From an uncultured Methanosarcinales archaeon (GTDB lineage: Archaea; Nanobdellota; Nanobdellia; Woesearchaeales; UBA12501), in NCBI GenBank assembly GCA_964397315.1, contig CAYNHV010000004.1:1081-65080 (forward strand): DNA of 64,000 bases, given 5' to 3'. This document shows positions 17,412 through 26,766 of the stretch, one piece after another (position 1 is the stretch's first letter; every line of letters starts with the position of its first letter). The position numbers and the translations under genes were made by a program. Under the pieces are notes generated by a model. The model saw only the letters and a program-made list of their open reading frames with translations, searched no databases and was not told the origin of the DNA.

Positions 17412-17831
17412 TCAGCTGCAACAACCCCCAACTTTTGAACTCTTGAATCTTTCAGGCATGTAAGGCTTAAGCCTCATAACAGTAATGTTCTTTTCCCTTA
17501 TGTATTCCTCAAACCCTTCAGGAGGCTTCTGGTCATAGCCCAGAGCTATTATGTCGGGAGCAACTCTTTCTATTACTTTCAGCTTGTCATCTTTCTCCCC
17601 GAGAACTGCTTTATTCACATGATGGGCTTTTTTTACTTCTTTTAGCCTTGTATTCTCGTCATTCTTCGGCTTTTTCCCTTTTGCCTTTTCTACATTGACA
17701 TCCCTGGCCACGACAACAACAAGTTCTGCATCCTTTTTCTGCTCTTTAGCCTGCCTGAAGAAGTCAATATGGCCTTCATGGAGCACATCAAATGTTCCAA
17801 AGACCGCTGCCCTGGGCATGTGTTTTATCAT
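17412..17831 (-). CDS. ribL: FAD synthase RibL-like cytidylyltransferase-fold protein
   Basis: AAVFGTFDVLHEGHIDFF, VVVARD..V.K.KGKKP, and PDIIALGYDQ follow the archaeal RibL pattern. Riboflavin genes lie nearby. Confidence 0.6.
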   Translation of the reverse strand: MIKHMPRAAVFGTFDVLHEGHIDFFRQAKEQKKDAELVVVVARDVNVEKAKGKKPKNDENTRLKEVKKAHHVNKAVLGEKDDKLKVIERVAPDIIALGYDQKPPEGFEEYIREKNITVMRLKPYMPERFKSSKVGGCCS

Positions 17832-17855
17832 GAAAGGAAAATAAAGGGAGGGTTT

Positions 17856-18374
17856 TTAAAGTTTACTGGGCATATTTTCTCCTGATATCTTTTCTTCTAG
17901 ATTTTTTGTTTCTGTAACATGCCTGTTTGCCATTGCAAGCCCTATTGCAGTATTTGGAACCATTGTCTGCACAGGATTTTCTGTGCCTGCATAATAATGC
18001 CAGGCCAAAAATCCAAGGTTCACTGCTGCTGTAAAAAGGTTAGCATAAAGCCTGTAATGTTTTGTATTCTTCAACTTATTAAACACGAGGGGGTAAATGA
18101 GATTTACTGCCATACCCATAGGAAAATTATTCACATATGCCTCTCCAAAACCTTCGCTAAAACTGTTTCCTTCATTAATATTTGCAACACCATTCCCAAG
18201 GCCGCCCATGCTGCTGTAACCCACTGTGTAGTAAAGGTCCCAGTAAAGGGAATTGTAGAGTTTCTTTGCTACTGGTTTTAGTTTTTGAAAGTCTCTAACA
18301 GTCTTCTCAATATCACTTTCCCATCCTTTCTTTGTGAGATATGATTTGAGATTTTCCATTTCAACCACCTCCAA
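17856..18374 (-). CDS. Hypothetical protein (hydrophobic C-terminal half)
   Basis: 172-aa ORF with no recognised family. Confidence 0.4.
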   Translation of the reverse strand: MEVVEMENLKSYLTKKGWESDIEKTVRDFQKLKPVAKKLYNSLYWDLYYTVGYSSMGGLGNGVANINEGNSFSEGFGEAYVNNFPMGMAVNLIYPLVFNKLKNTKHYRLYANLFTAAVNLGFLAWHYYAGTENPVQTMVPNTAIGLAMANRHVTETKNLEEKISGENMPSKL

Positions 18375-18482
18375 TTTTATCCTGGCATAGTGGTGGCCAC
18401 CAGAGTATAAATAAATTAGCTCTCCAATTTTGGAGAGCTTATAGAAAGGCTTATATACCTGCAGAGAATATCCATATATGAT

Positions 18483-19220
18483 ATGGACACCTCAATGCTT
18501 GAAGGCCTGGGCTTCACAAAGGCGGAGATTTCAGTATACCTCAGCCTGCTTGAGCTGGGAGAGAGCACAGCAGGCCCGATTATTGAGAAATCAGGCCTCC
18601 AAAGCTCTGTAGTGCACAGCTGCCTGCATACCTTAAGGGACAAGGGCCTTGTGAGCTATGTGATAAAGGGTAAGATAAGGCATTATCAGGCAGCAGAGCC
18701 TGAGGCCATACTCAACATAATAGAGGACAGGAAGAAGATGTTCCAGGCCATTCTTCCAGAGCTTGAGCTCAAGAGAAAGCTCGCAAAAGAGAAGCTTGAG
18801 GCAATGGTTTACAAGGGAAACAGGGCTGTCATGCTCATGCTCACAGACATGATAATAGATGCAAAAAAGGGAGAGGAATACCTGTTCTTTGCAGCAGAAC
18901 GCGGGATGTACGATGAAGAGATACAGGCATTCTTTGAGAGATACGATGCGAAGAGGAAGGCAAAAGGGCTTGAAGTGAAAGGCCTCGCAAACCGCAGGAA
19001 CAAAAAGCTGTTTGAGCACAGGGCCAGGAAAGGCCTCATGAAGATGCGTTATGTGAGCCATGCCCTGCCCAGGGGGATAAGCATCTTCAGGGACAGGACA
19101 ATAAGCTTTGTGTGGACAGGAGAGCTGACTGCCTTTGTGATACAATCGCAGAACCTGGCTGACAACTATAAAGAGTTCTTTGATGACTTCTGGAACAAAA
19201 GCAGGCCGTTCAGGGGATGA
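18483..19220 (+). CDS. TrmB-family transcriptional regulator
   Basis: LGFTKAEISVYLSLLELGESTAGPIIEKSGLQSSVVHSCLHTLRDKGLV is the TrmB N-terminal wHTH, followed by a coiled-coil and effector-like domain. Confidence 0.75.
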   Translation: MDTSMLEGLGFTKAEISVYLSLLELGESTAGPIIEKSGLQSSVVHSCLHTLRDKGLVSYVIKGKIRHYQAAEPEAILNIIEDRKKMFQAILPELELKRKLAKEKLEAMVYKGNRAVMLMLTDMIIDAKKGEEYLFFAAERGMYDEEIQAFFERYDAKRKAKGLEVKGLANRRNKKLFEHRARKGLMKMRYVSHALPRGISIFRDRTISFVWTGELTAFVIQSQNLADNYKEFFDDFWNKSRPFRG

Positions 19221-19267
19221 TGTAGTCCCTAAAACAAAACATTTAAATATATGTAGTCCCTAAAACA
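19213..19267 (+). repeat. Left repeat module flanking the Fic gene (24-bp box plus second TGTAGTCCCTAAAAC 31 bp later)
   Basis: GGGGATGATGTAGTCCCTAAAACA at 19213-19236 is identical to 20239-20262. A second box lies at 19252-19267. The first 8 nt are the end of the TrmB-like CDS. Confidence 0.9.
19240..19252 (+). promoter_or_regulatory. TATA-like box for fic, between the two left boxes
   Basis: CATTTAAATATAT is centred about 26 nt upstream of ATG 19272. Confidence 0.45.
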
Positions 19268-19271
19268 CAGC

Positions 19272-20246
19272 ATGTATGTTGAAAAGAAGAGAATAGGGAA
19301 TAATGTGTATAATTACCTCAAGGTCTCTGTTAGGAGAAACAATAAAGTGATAACAAGAACAGTCGCCTATCTGGGGAAAGAGCCGATGAACAGGGGGGAG
19401 ATCAACGCAAAGATTTCAGGAATCCCAAAATCCAAGATAGAAAGGATCAAAAGAGAGGCAAAAGAAGGAAGAAAGGATACCAACAAAGGGTTCTTGACTG
19501 ACGCCCAGCTCAGTAAACTCAGGGAGCTGAAAAAAGATTTCAGCAGAAAACTGAAAGTCCCGGACAAGAGACTTATTGAAGACATGTTCAGGGATTTTAA
19601 GACATTCTATATCTACAACACCAATGCAATAGAAGGCAACACCCTCACATTACAGGAGACAAATCTTCTGTTGAACGAGAACAAAACGCCAAGCGGCAGG
19701 GATTTAAGAGATATCCATGACCACCTTAACGGAAAGGAAGCCTTTGATTTCATAATAAAAAACAAGCCCAGAATAAATAAAGAACTGATAATAAAACTGC
19801 ACTCAATGCTGATGGAGAATATAGACAAAAGAAGGGGCGGATTCAGGTGGCATGATGTACGGGTTTTCGGAGCGGAATTTGAGACCTCTCCTGCAAAATT
19901 CGTTGAAGCGGATATGGGTCTGCTTTTAAGATGGTACAAAAAGAACTCCAGACTGCACCCCCTGATCCTTTCAGCAGTGTTCCATGAGAAATTTGAACGC
20001 ATCCACCCATTTTATGACGGCAACGGCAGGACAGGAAGGATGCTGGCCAACCTCATGCTGATAAAAAATGGATTTCCGCCGGTTATTGTTGAGAACAGAA
20101 AAAGGATGAAATATTACAATGCACTATCTGAGGGCCATAAAGTGGGTTTGGAAAGTATTGATATTGAAGCGCACAAGCCAGTTGTACAGTTATTCTACAA
20201 TGAGATGTTGTATACTTACAAAAAGATCTTCTCCAGATGGGGATGA
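19272..20246 (+). CDS. fic: Fic/Fido domain protein (class II, N-terminal inhibitory motif)
   Basis: Catalytic HPFYDGNGRTGR motif. The upstream inhibitory-type motif TNAIEGN fits [ST]xxxE[GN]. Confidence 0.9.
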   Translation: MYVEKKRIGNNVYNYLKVSVRRNNKVITRTVAYLGKEPMNRGEINAKISGIPKSKIERIKREAKEGRKDTNKGFLTDAQLSKLRELKKDFSRKLKVPDKRLIEDMFRDFKTFYIYNTNAIEGNTLTLQETNLLLNENKTPSGRDLRDIHDHLNGKEAFDFIIKNKPRINKELIIKLHSMLMENIDKRRGGFRWHDVRVFGAEFETSPAKFVEADMGLLLRWYKKNSRLHPLILSAVFHEKFERIHPFYDGNGRTGRMLANLMLIKNGFPPVIVENRKRMKYYNALSEGHKVGLESIDIEAHKPVVQLFYNEMLYTYKKIFSRWG

Positions 20247-20290
20247 TGTAGTCCCTAAAACAGAATTGGGCTTTTTTTGTAGTCCCTAAC
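20239..20290 (+). repeat. Right repeat module flanking the Fic gene
   Basis: GGGGATGATGTAGTCCCTAAAACA at 20239-20262 (the first 8 nt are the end of the Fic CDS). A second box, TGTAGTCCCTAA, lies at 20278-20289 with the same 31-bp spacing. A T-run sits between them. Confidence 0.9.
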
Positions 20291-20380
20291 TATCATACTG
20301 CTCCTCTTTACATGAGAAGCCCATATTATATAAACTAACAGATCTTGATTTCCCTTTTTTGGTTATACCAATTAACAGCC

Positions 20381-20956
20381 CTAAACCTCATGGCCCATCT
20401 TCTCCTTCTTTGCCTTCAGGTAATTCCTGTTGTGCCTGTTCGCCCCCACTGTCAAAAGTATCCTCTCCGCCACTTCAATGCTTCTGTTAATGCCTTCCAC
20501 CTTGTCAGGGTTGTTTGTCAAAAGCCTTATCCTCTTAAGCCCCAGGTCTTTCAGGATAGCAGCAGCAAGCTCATAGCTCCTCTCATCAGCCCTGAACCCT
20601 AGCTGGTGGTTGGCCTCCACAGTGTCCAGACCCTTGTCCTGCAGAGCGTAAGCCTTCATCTTGTTCAGGAGCCCGATTCCCCTGCCTTCCTGGCGGAGGT
20701 AAATGATGACACCCTTCCCTTCTCTGCCTATCATCCTCATTGATTCCTTAAGCTGATTCCCGCAGTCGCACCTCAAAGAGCCGAGAACATCCCCTGTCAG
20801 GCATTCGGAGTGTATCCTCACCAGCATATCATCATCAGGCTCCCCCATTACAAGCGCAAGGTGGCACCTCTCGCTGAGCCTGTCATTGTAGGGTATAAGC
20901 CTGAACTCACCCTCTGATGTGGGAAACCTCACAGCCTCTCCCTTGTCTATCTTCAT
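20381..20956 (-). CDS. ribA: GTP cyclohydrolase II
   Basis: [23 protein letters not shown] and [11 protein letters not shown] motifs. Confidence 0.9.
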   Translation of the reverse strand: MKIDKGEAVRFPTSEGEFRLIPYNDRLSERCHLALVMGEPDDDMLVRIHSECLTGDVLGSLRCDCGNQLKESMRMIGREGKGVIIYLRQEGRGIGLLNKMKAYALQDKGLDTVEANHQLGFRADERSYELAAAILKDLGLKRIRLLTNNPDKVEGINRSIEVAERILLTVGANRHNRNYLKAKKEKMGHEV

Positions 20957-22044
20957 AAGTATCCCTCTACTACAACATCATTTTCCATGTGCTTTATGTC
21001 CACATTCCTAAGATTCAGGACATCTCCCATACCAACAGGCCCTCTTCCGCTTATGACGGGCTTTGAGCCCTTCCCCCCGATTATCTTCGGCGCTATGAAA
21101 TAAACCACCTTGTCAACTATCCCATCCTTGAGCGCGGATGAGTAGACTCCAGTCCCTCCTTCAATCATGATATGTGTTATTCCCCTTATGCTCAGCTCAT
21201 ACATCAGCTTTTTGAGGTCCACCTTCATTATGCTGCCTCCCACCACGATGACGCCCACACCCATCCTCTCAAGAAGTATCTTCTTCTTCCTCCTGTACCT
21301 TCTTGTCGTGGCTATAATCACGTTCCCGCCCTGCAGTATCTGGGAGTCTAGAGGTATCCTCAGCGAGCTGTCAAGTATTATCCTGACAGGATTCTTTCCC
21401 TTCCTTATCCTGCAGGTAAGCCTTGGATTGTCCTTCAGGACAGTGTTTATCCCCACAATAACAGCATCCGCCCTGTTCCTGAGCTGGTGGACATACCTCC
21501 TGCTCTTTTCAGAGGATATCCATCTTGAATCTCCTGTCCTTGTTGCTATCTTGCCGTCGAGGCTCATGGCTGCCTTTAGAAGAACAAAGGGTTTTTTCGT
21601 GGATATCCATTTGCAGAATGCCTCATTCAGCTTCCTGGCTTCTTTTTCCATCACCCCTGTGATGACCTCAATGCCTGCTTTTCTCAGCTCCCTGAATCCC
21701 CTGCCTCTTGACCTGGGATTCGGGTCCCTCATTGCAGCAACAACCCTGCTTATGCCTGACTCAATTATTGCCTTTGTGCAGGGCCCTGTCCTTCCGTAGT
21801 GCCTGCATGGCTCAAGGTTGACATACATTGTAGAGCCCCTGAGCTGTCTTTTGTCTTTCAGAGAATTTATTGCCTCTACCTCTGCATGGGGCTTTCCCGC
21901 CTTTTTGTGATATCCCCTGCCCATAATCCTGTTGTTCTTCACAATAACAGCTCCCACCATGGGGTTGGGGGATGTCCTTCCCTCTGCTTTAGCTGCAAGT
22001 TCCAGCGCAAGCTGCATGTAAATCAGGTGATCCTCTTTTTTCAT
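20953..22044 (-). CDS. ribD: Bifunctional riboflavin biosynthesis deaminase/reductase RibD
   Basis: Deaminase [18 protein letters not shown], plus the C-terminal reductase domain. 4-nt overlap with ribA. Confidence 0.9.
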   Translation of the reverse strand: MKKEDHLIYMQLALELAAKAEGRTSPNPMVGAVIVKNNRIMGRGYHKKAGKPHAEVEAINSLKDKRQLRGSTMYVNLEPCRHYGRTGPCTKAIIESGISRVVAAMRDPNPRSRGRGFRELRKAGIEVITGVMEKEARKLNEAFCKWISTKKPFVLLKAAMSLDGKIATRTGDSRWISSEKSRRYVHQLRNRADAVIVGINTVLKDNPRLTCRIRKGKNPVRIILDSSLRIPLDSQILQGGNVIIATTRRYRRKKKILLERMGVGVIVVGGSIMKVDLKKLMYELSIRGITHIMIEGGTGVYSSALKDGIVDKVVYFIAPKIIGGKGSKPVISGRGPVGMGDVLNLRNVDIKHMENDVVVEGYL

Positions 22045-22045
22045 C

Positions 22046-22456
22046 CTACTTTAACCTTCTGATCATCTTCACGCATGACTCAACAGACCTTTTGGCATAT
22101 TCCTCAATCCTCTCAACAGCTCCTGCGTGGCTTATCTTGGGGCCTGTAACCCCCAGGCTTACTGGCTTGTCATACTGTACTGAAAGATCCGCAATCTTTC
22201 TTGCCGCATTCTGCGCGACAATATTGTCATGGTCTGTATCTCCTTCTATAACAGCTCCGAGAGTTACAACCCCCTGCATCTCCTTGTTCGCAAGAAGCTT
22301 TTTTATTGCAAGAGGCATGTCAAATGCTCCCGGAACCCTTACTGTTTTTATAACTTTTGTTCCGAGAAATTCAGCGTGCTCCTCTGCTATCTTCACCATC
22401 AGGTGGGTTATGTCCGCATTAAAGTCTGAAACAACAATCCCTATTTTCTCGTTCAT
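22046..22456 (-). CDS. ribH: 6,7-dimethyl-8-ribityllumazine synthase
   Basis: 136 aa. IGIVVSDFNADIT, VPGAFDMPLA and GAVIEGDTDH are typical. Confidence 0.9.
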   Translation of the reverse strand: MNEKIGIVVSDFNADITHLMVKIAEEHAEFLGTKVIKTVRVPGAFDMPLAIKKLLANKEMQGVVTLGAVIEGDTDHDNIVAQNAARKIADLSVQYDKPVSLGVTGPKISHAGAVERIEEYAKRSVESCVKMIRRLK

Positions 22457-22500
22457 CTTATCCCTCCATCACCCCTCTCTTTTGCCTCGCTTATGATTTC

Positions 22501-22992
<492 letters not shown>

Positions 22993-23144
22993 TCATAATG
23001 AGATTCAGGACATGATTATTTAATATTTGCTACTCATTTTTTTGTAGCCAGCATGAAGACCTGCATGAAAAAGGTCTTGTCTTGTCTTTCAAAAAAATTA
23101 GCTGATGATTTTATGAAGCTTACATAAACCAAAAAAAATAGAAA

Positions 23145-23155
23145 CATTTATAAAC
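23145..23155 (+). promoter_or_regulatory. TATA-like box upstream of the K-rich mini-gene
   Basis: CATTTATAAAC lies about 75 nt upstream of the TTG start. This implies a ~50-nt leader that contains the 23185-23205 palindrome. Confidence 0.35.
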
Positions 23156-23184
23156 AAAAAAACATAAAACCCCTCTAAAAGTTT

Positions 23185-23205
23185 GTTTTCAAGATAATTG
23201 AAAAC
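23185..23205 (+). promoter_or_regulatory. Perfect 8-bp-arm palindrome in the leader of the K-rich gene
   Basis: GTTTTCAA GATAA TTGAAAAC. Confidence 0.35.
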
Positions 23206-23225
23206 AAAACCAAAGAGGTGAAACT

Positions 23226-23417
23226 TTGGCAAAGAAAAGAAAGAAGGCAACAAAGAAAAAAACTTCCAAGAAGAAGTCTACAAAAAAGAAAGCTTCCAAG
23301 AAGAAGAGCAGGAAGAAAGCGACAAAGAAAAAGACAACAAAGAAAAAAGCTTCTAAGAAGAAGTCTACAAAAAAGAAAGCTTCTAAGAAGAAGTCTACAA
23401 GAAAGAGGAGAAGATAA
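23226..23417 (+). CDS. 63-aa lysine-rich repeat protein (histone H1 tail-like [S/T]KKK repeats)
   Basis: TTG start 6 nt after GAGGTGA. The protein is almost entirely KKK[AST] repeats. The DNA shows ~30-nt tandem units. A hairpin plus T-run follows immediately. Confidence 0.55.
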   Translation: MAKKRKKATKKKTSKKKSTKKKASKKKSRKKATKKKTTKKKASKKKSTKKKASKKKSTRKRRR

Positions 23418-23428
23418 ACCTTCTGTTT

Positions 23429-23454
23429 GCCCTCGGCCCATGAGGGCTTTTTTT
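23429..23454 (+). terminator. Hairpin plus T7 run after the K-rich gene
   Basis: GCCCTC ggcccat GAGGGC TTTTTTT. Confidence 0.5.
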
Positions 23455-23491
23455 ATAATTTTTATAACAATCAAGAGGGAAAGAGTGTCCC

Positions 23492-24193
23492 ATGAATATC
23501 TATATTCCTCTCACACTGACCTTTTTCTTTGGCTTGGTCCATTTTTTCTTTGAGAGATACGCACACCATCTGAAAAGATTTGACACTTCATTCACGAGCT
23601 TCAGCGCAGGCATTTTCATATCCTACATCTTCCTGTCAATGTTCCCTGAGATAGTCAAGGGAGTTAATATTGTGGGAGACGGCATATTCTTTATATTCTT
23701 TTGGGGTTTCGTACTCCTCCACATAGCAGAAAAGTATGTTATGCAGCACACGCCAGTGTACCATAAGAGAATAACAAGGCTCACCCACATAAGGACAGCG
23801 GGGTTCTTTGTCAATCATTTTGTAATGGGGATAGCGATAATATTCTTTTTTGAATTTGACAGGCAGATTATAGCATACATAAGCCTGATACCTATATTCT
23901 ATCACATGATGTCTTCCTCTCTTCTAATAGAACATCTTCACAGGCATGTGAGAGAGACAAACCTGGGAAGATTCCTCAGCTCAGGATCTGTTTTCTTCGG
24001 AGCTTTATTTGCCCTAATGCTTGACATACCCAAACAGGTATATTTTGGCATTTTCTCATTCATCACAGGAATACTCCTGTATATAATAGTCAGAGACACG
24101 TTGCCAAAATACCAGCAGGGCAAGCCCACTTATTTTGTGACAGGAGTCATATTCTTCCTTTTCCTGTTTGCAATAGAGATGCTAACCACTTAA
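23492..24193 (+). CDS. Polytopic membrane protein, possibly a divergent ZIP-family metal transporter
   Basis: 7-8 TM helices. VNHFVMGIAI and LLYIIVRDTLPK faintly resemble ZupT motifs. The family call is weak. Confidence 0.45.
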   Translation: MNIYIPLTLTFFFGLVHFFFERYAHHLKRFDTSFTSFSAGIFISYIFLSMFPEIVKGVNIVGDGIFFIFFWGFVLLHIAEKYVMQHTPVYHKRITRLTHIRTAGFFVNHFVMGIAIIFFFEFDRQIIAYISLIPIFYHMMSSSLLIEHLHRHVRETNLGRFLSSGSVFFGALFALMLDIPKQVYFGIFSFITGILLYIIVRDTLPKYQQGKPTYFVTGVIFFLFLFAIEMLTT

Positions 24194-25455
24194 AAATCTC
24201 CCAGAGAAGTCTGCTTCTGCACTGCCTTAATGTCAGGCTTTTCCGCCTTCTTTCTGTCCTCATCTGAGAAGACAGGGATGCCGTACTCGCCGTCATAGCC
24301 AGGCTGTATCTCAATCTCTCCCTTCCTGTTCTTCATGATCATCTCAGCTGTCCTGGCATCAGTGAATCTTTTCAGATCCTCCTCAGGAGCATTCAGGAGG
24401 ACATTGTACTCTGAACCAAGATTGTTAACAAGATTGTTGTATTCCTTCCATACCGCTTTTGTGGCTATGGCCTTGCCCACCATCTTGGATATTATCTCAG
24501 AGAGGGGTATGAGCGTCCTGAAGGGCTTTGCCCCCTCGAGCCTGAAGCCTTCCGGCCTGTCAGCCAGCTCCTCAACCCTCTCAAGAACCCCCACTGTGAG
24601 CTTTCTGCCGCAAGCCGGGCAGATGTTCTTGAGCTCAAGAGATTTTTTGGGGTCAAGGCAGACATTGCAGTTTCTGTGGCCTGAGAAGTGATACTTTCCG
24701 TAGCCTGGGTCAACCTCTATGGTTTCCTTAAGCCCCTCACCAGTCCTTATGGCTTTCAGCACATTATCATAAGTGAGTTTGATGTCAAAGATTGTTGCCT
24801 CTCTTCCAAGGCGCCAGGGCCAGAAGGAGTGCAGGTCAGAGAACGAAACAAGAGAGTACTTGTCCAGCTTTGACAGCCTCCAGTTCATCGGAGGGTCGGA
24901 GCTCAGGCCTGTCTCAAGGGCGTGAACATGCCTCGCCTGGTCCTTGAAGCATTCCTCAACAGAGTCAAAGCCTGAGTTTGAGCCGAATATGCCAAACCAC
25001 GGAGTCCACGCGTGGGCGGGGATTATCTCAATCTTTTTGTTAATCTTTTTCATCTCTTCTGTGAACTCAGGGCAGGGTATGCCGAATATCGGCCTGCCGT
25101 CATAATCAATCCTGCCTTTGGTGAGAAGATAGTCTGTTATCTGCTTTACAGTGTCAAGGTCAGGTGCCAGGAGGACATTGTGTATCTTCCTGCCCTTGCC
25201 GTCCTGCGAGTATATGAGTGAGATCTCTGACTGCAGAACAAAAGGAAAGCCGTCTTTTGTCCTGAGAATTCCTGTGCCATCCTCCTCCAGATTGTCTTTT
25301 ATCTCCTGAATCCACTGGGGATGTGTAAAGTCCCCTGTGCCAAGAAGGTCAGCTCCCTTGACCAGGGCCCATTTCTCAAGGTTTTTCAGGTTAAGCTCCC
25401 TTCCTGTTGCTCTTGAATGCCTGCTGTGTATGTGCAGGTCTGCTATTATAGGCAT
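24190..25455 (-). CDS. endoQ: Endonuclease Q (PHP-domain nuclease acting at deaminated/abasic sites)
   Basis: IADLHIHSRHS, GTGDFTHP, PAHAWTPW, LETGLSSD, FSDLHS..LGRE, Zn finger CPACGRKLTVGV, and the C-terminal GYDGEYG all follow the EndoQ pattern. Confidence 0.75.
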   Translation of the reverse strand: MPIIADLHIHSRHSRATGRELNLKNLEKWALVKGADLLGTGDFTHPQWIQEIKDNLEEDGTGILRTKDGFPFVLQSEISLIYSQDGKGRKIHNVLLAPDLDTVKQITDYLLTKGRIDYDGRPIFGIPCPEFTEEMKKINKKIEIIPAHAWTPWFGIFGSNSGFDSVEECFKDQARHVHALETGLSSDPPMNWRLSKLDKYSLVSFSDLHSFWPWRLGREATIFDIKLTYDNVLKAIRTGEGLKETIEVDPGYGKYHFSGHRNCNVCLDPKKSLELKNICPACGRKLTVGVLERVEELADRPEGFRLEGAKPFRTLIPLSEIISKMVGKAIATKAVWKEYNNLVNNLGSEYNVLLNAPEEDLKRFTDARTAEMIMKNRKGEIEIQPGYDGEYGIPVFSDEDRKKAEKPDIKAVQKQTSLGDF

Positions 25456-25535
25456 TTAGCACCCCCTTTGCTTTAATTCAGGTGTTGAGTGTTATTATAA
25501 AAAGGTTGCGGGCATTAGAGCTTCTTGTTTGAAGT

Positions 25536-25840
25536 GCTATGATTCCAGGTTCCTCCCGCCTTTTGGGGAGGCTATTTTAAGTTGATAACCCCCTGGTAAT
25601 TCCTACCTTTAGAGTGGTTTGCTTATGATTATTATTCCTGGCAATTCCCTGAGGGACAACAGATCTATGCTTATAATTCCTGGTGCTTCCAGGGGGTAAT
25701 AGATCTATGCTTATAATTCCTGGTACTTCCCTCCCTTGCGAGGCTGGGTTAATGCTGATAGCTCCAGGTACTTCCCACCCTTACTGCACAACTGCTTAGC
25801 AGGTTCACACCTTCTGGAAAATCACAACTCCCATCTCCTG
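25536..25840 (+). repeat. Seven head-to-tail degenerate units (period 40-48 bp) with 22-nt conserved head GCTTATAATTCCTGGTACTTCC
   Basis: Unit starts lie near 25536, 25581, 25621, 25669, 25709, 25754 and 25796. Units 4 and 5 share 30 nt with one mismatch. Every unit contains CCWGG. Confidence 0.8.
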
Positions 25841-26120
25841 CCTCTAATAAGCCCACCCAGTAATATGCTTAAAGCGCTCTGTGGAGTTGGTGCGCTCAAG
25901 CTGTTGAAGGGGGTGGGATGGGGGATTTATCTATATGTAACTGTGATGAGGGCAGTGGTTAAGTCTGGATTAACCAAAAAACGCACAGGAGATTTAATCA
26001 TAGTGCTTCCATGCTTAAAGGGCATTTTGTGGGATTGGGCGCAGTGGTTACAAATTTGACACAACACCCTGATTAAACTCCACATAATCCTTCTCTCTAA
26101 CCACCATCCCTACCGCAAAC

Positions 26121-26132
26121 CTTTTATAAAAG
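26121..26132 (+). promoter_or_regulatory. TATA-like box for the 26149 gene
   Basis: CTTTTATAAAAG is centred about 24 nt upstream of ATG 26149/26152. Confidence 0.4.
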
Positions 26133-26148
26133 CATTATCTCTTCTCAG

Positions 26149-26682
26149 ATGATGGAGGAGCACATAATAGCGAGAAAGAAAGTCATTGAAAAGCTCAAGC
26201 AGAGCAGCGTGTTCCAGGACTGGCAGAAGAACAACAAGAACAGCTTCCTCTCCCACATATTCTATATGCTCAGCACAAAAAAGGAGGACTGTCAGGTAGG
26301 GTATTACGACAAGGAAAGAAACATAATAACATCTTTTGAGGTTGGGGATGATGTGAAGATACTCTCAGAGGAAGAGCCATTCAAGCCGGAAGGCATGGAG
26401 GTAAAAGAGCTTAATCCTGAAAGCGCTAAGCTGGACTTCAAGGAGGCAATAGCCATTGTTGAGGACCTGCAGAAGAACAAGTACCCCTCTGAAAAGCCTG
26501 TGGAAATCGTCGCAATACTCCAGAATCTTGAGGCCCTGGGAAACGTCTACAACATCACCCACATAAGCAGGAGCTTCAAGACCCTGAATGCAAAGGTGAA
26601 TGCAGAGAACGGTGATATTGTTGATGAAAAGCTGGTTTCCATAGCCCAGTTCCCCCAGGACAAGCAGAACACAGGCCAGTGA
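26149..26682 (+). CDS. Hypothetical protein
   Basis: 177-aa ORF with a leaderless-type promoter. No recognised family. Confidence 0.5.
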   Translation: MMEEHIIARKKVIEKLKQSSVFQDWQKNNKNSFLSHIFYMLSTKKEDCQVGYYDKERNIITSFEVGDDVKILSEEEPFKPEGMEVKELNPESAKLDFKEAIAIVEDLQKNKYPSEKPVEIVAILQNLEALGNVYNITHISRSFKTLNAKVNAENGDIVDEKLVSIAQFPQDKQNTGQ

Positions 26683-26730
26683 TAACAGAATCCAATTTCT
26701 ATATCCCAGAATATATTATAAAGATTAACA

Positions 26731-26742
26731 TTATTTAAATAT
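26731..26742 (+). promoter_or_regulatory. TATA-like box for the ThyA-like fusion gene
   Basis: TTATTTAAATAT is centred about 29 nt upstream of ATG 26767. Confidence 0.4.
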
Positions 26743-26766
26743 AAACTCCTATCACTTAAATTCTTG

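Noticed and set aside
25536-25840. CRISPR array interpretation of the 40-48-bp periodic repeats
   Set aside because: The conserved part is only about 22 nt and degenerate. The 'spacers' are 18-26 nt and partly duplicated between units (units 4 and 5). The period is irregular, and no cas genes or leader-like organisation are present. It is better described as an iteron-like or degenerate tandem array.
25736-26059. 107-aa ORF on the plus strand inside the repeat region
   Set aside because: It runs through the tandem repeats and has no TATA or SD. Its composition is odd (W/L/H-rich), and the repeat period is not a multiple of 3. It is most likely non-coding.
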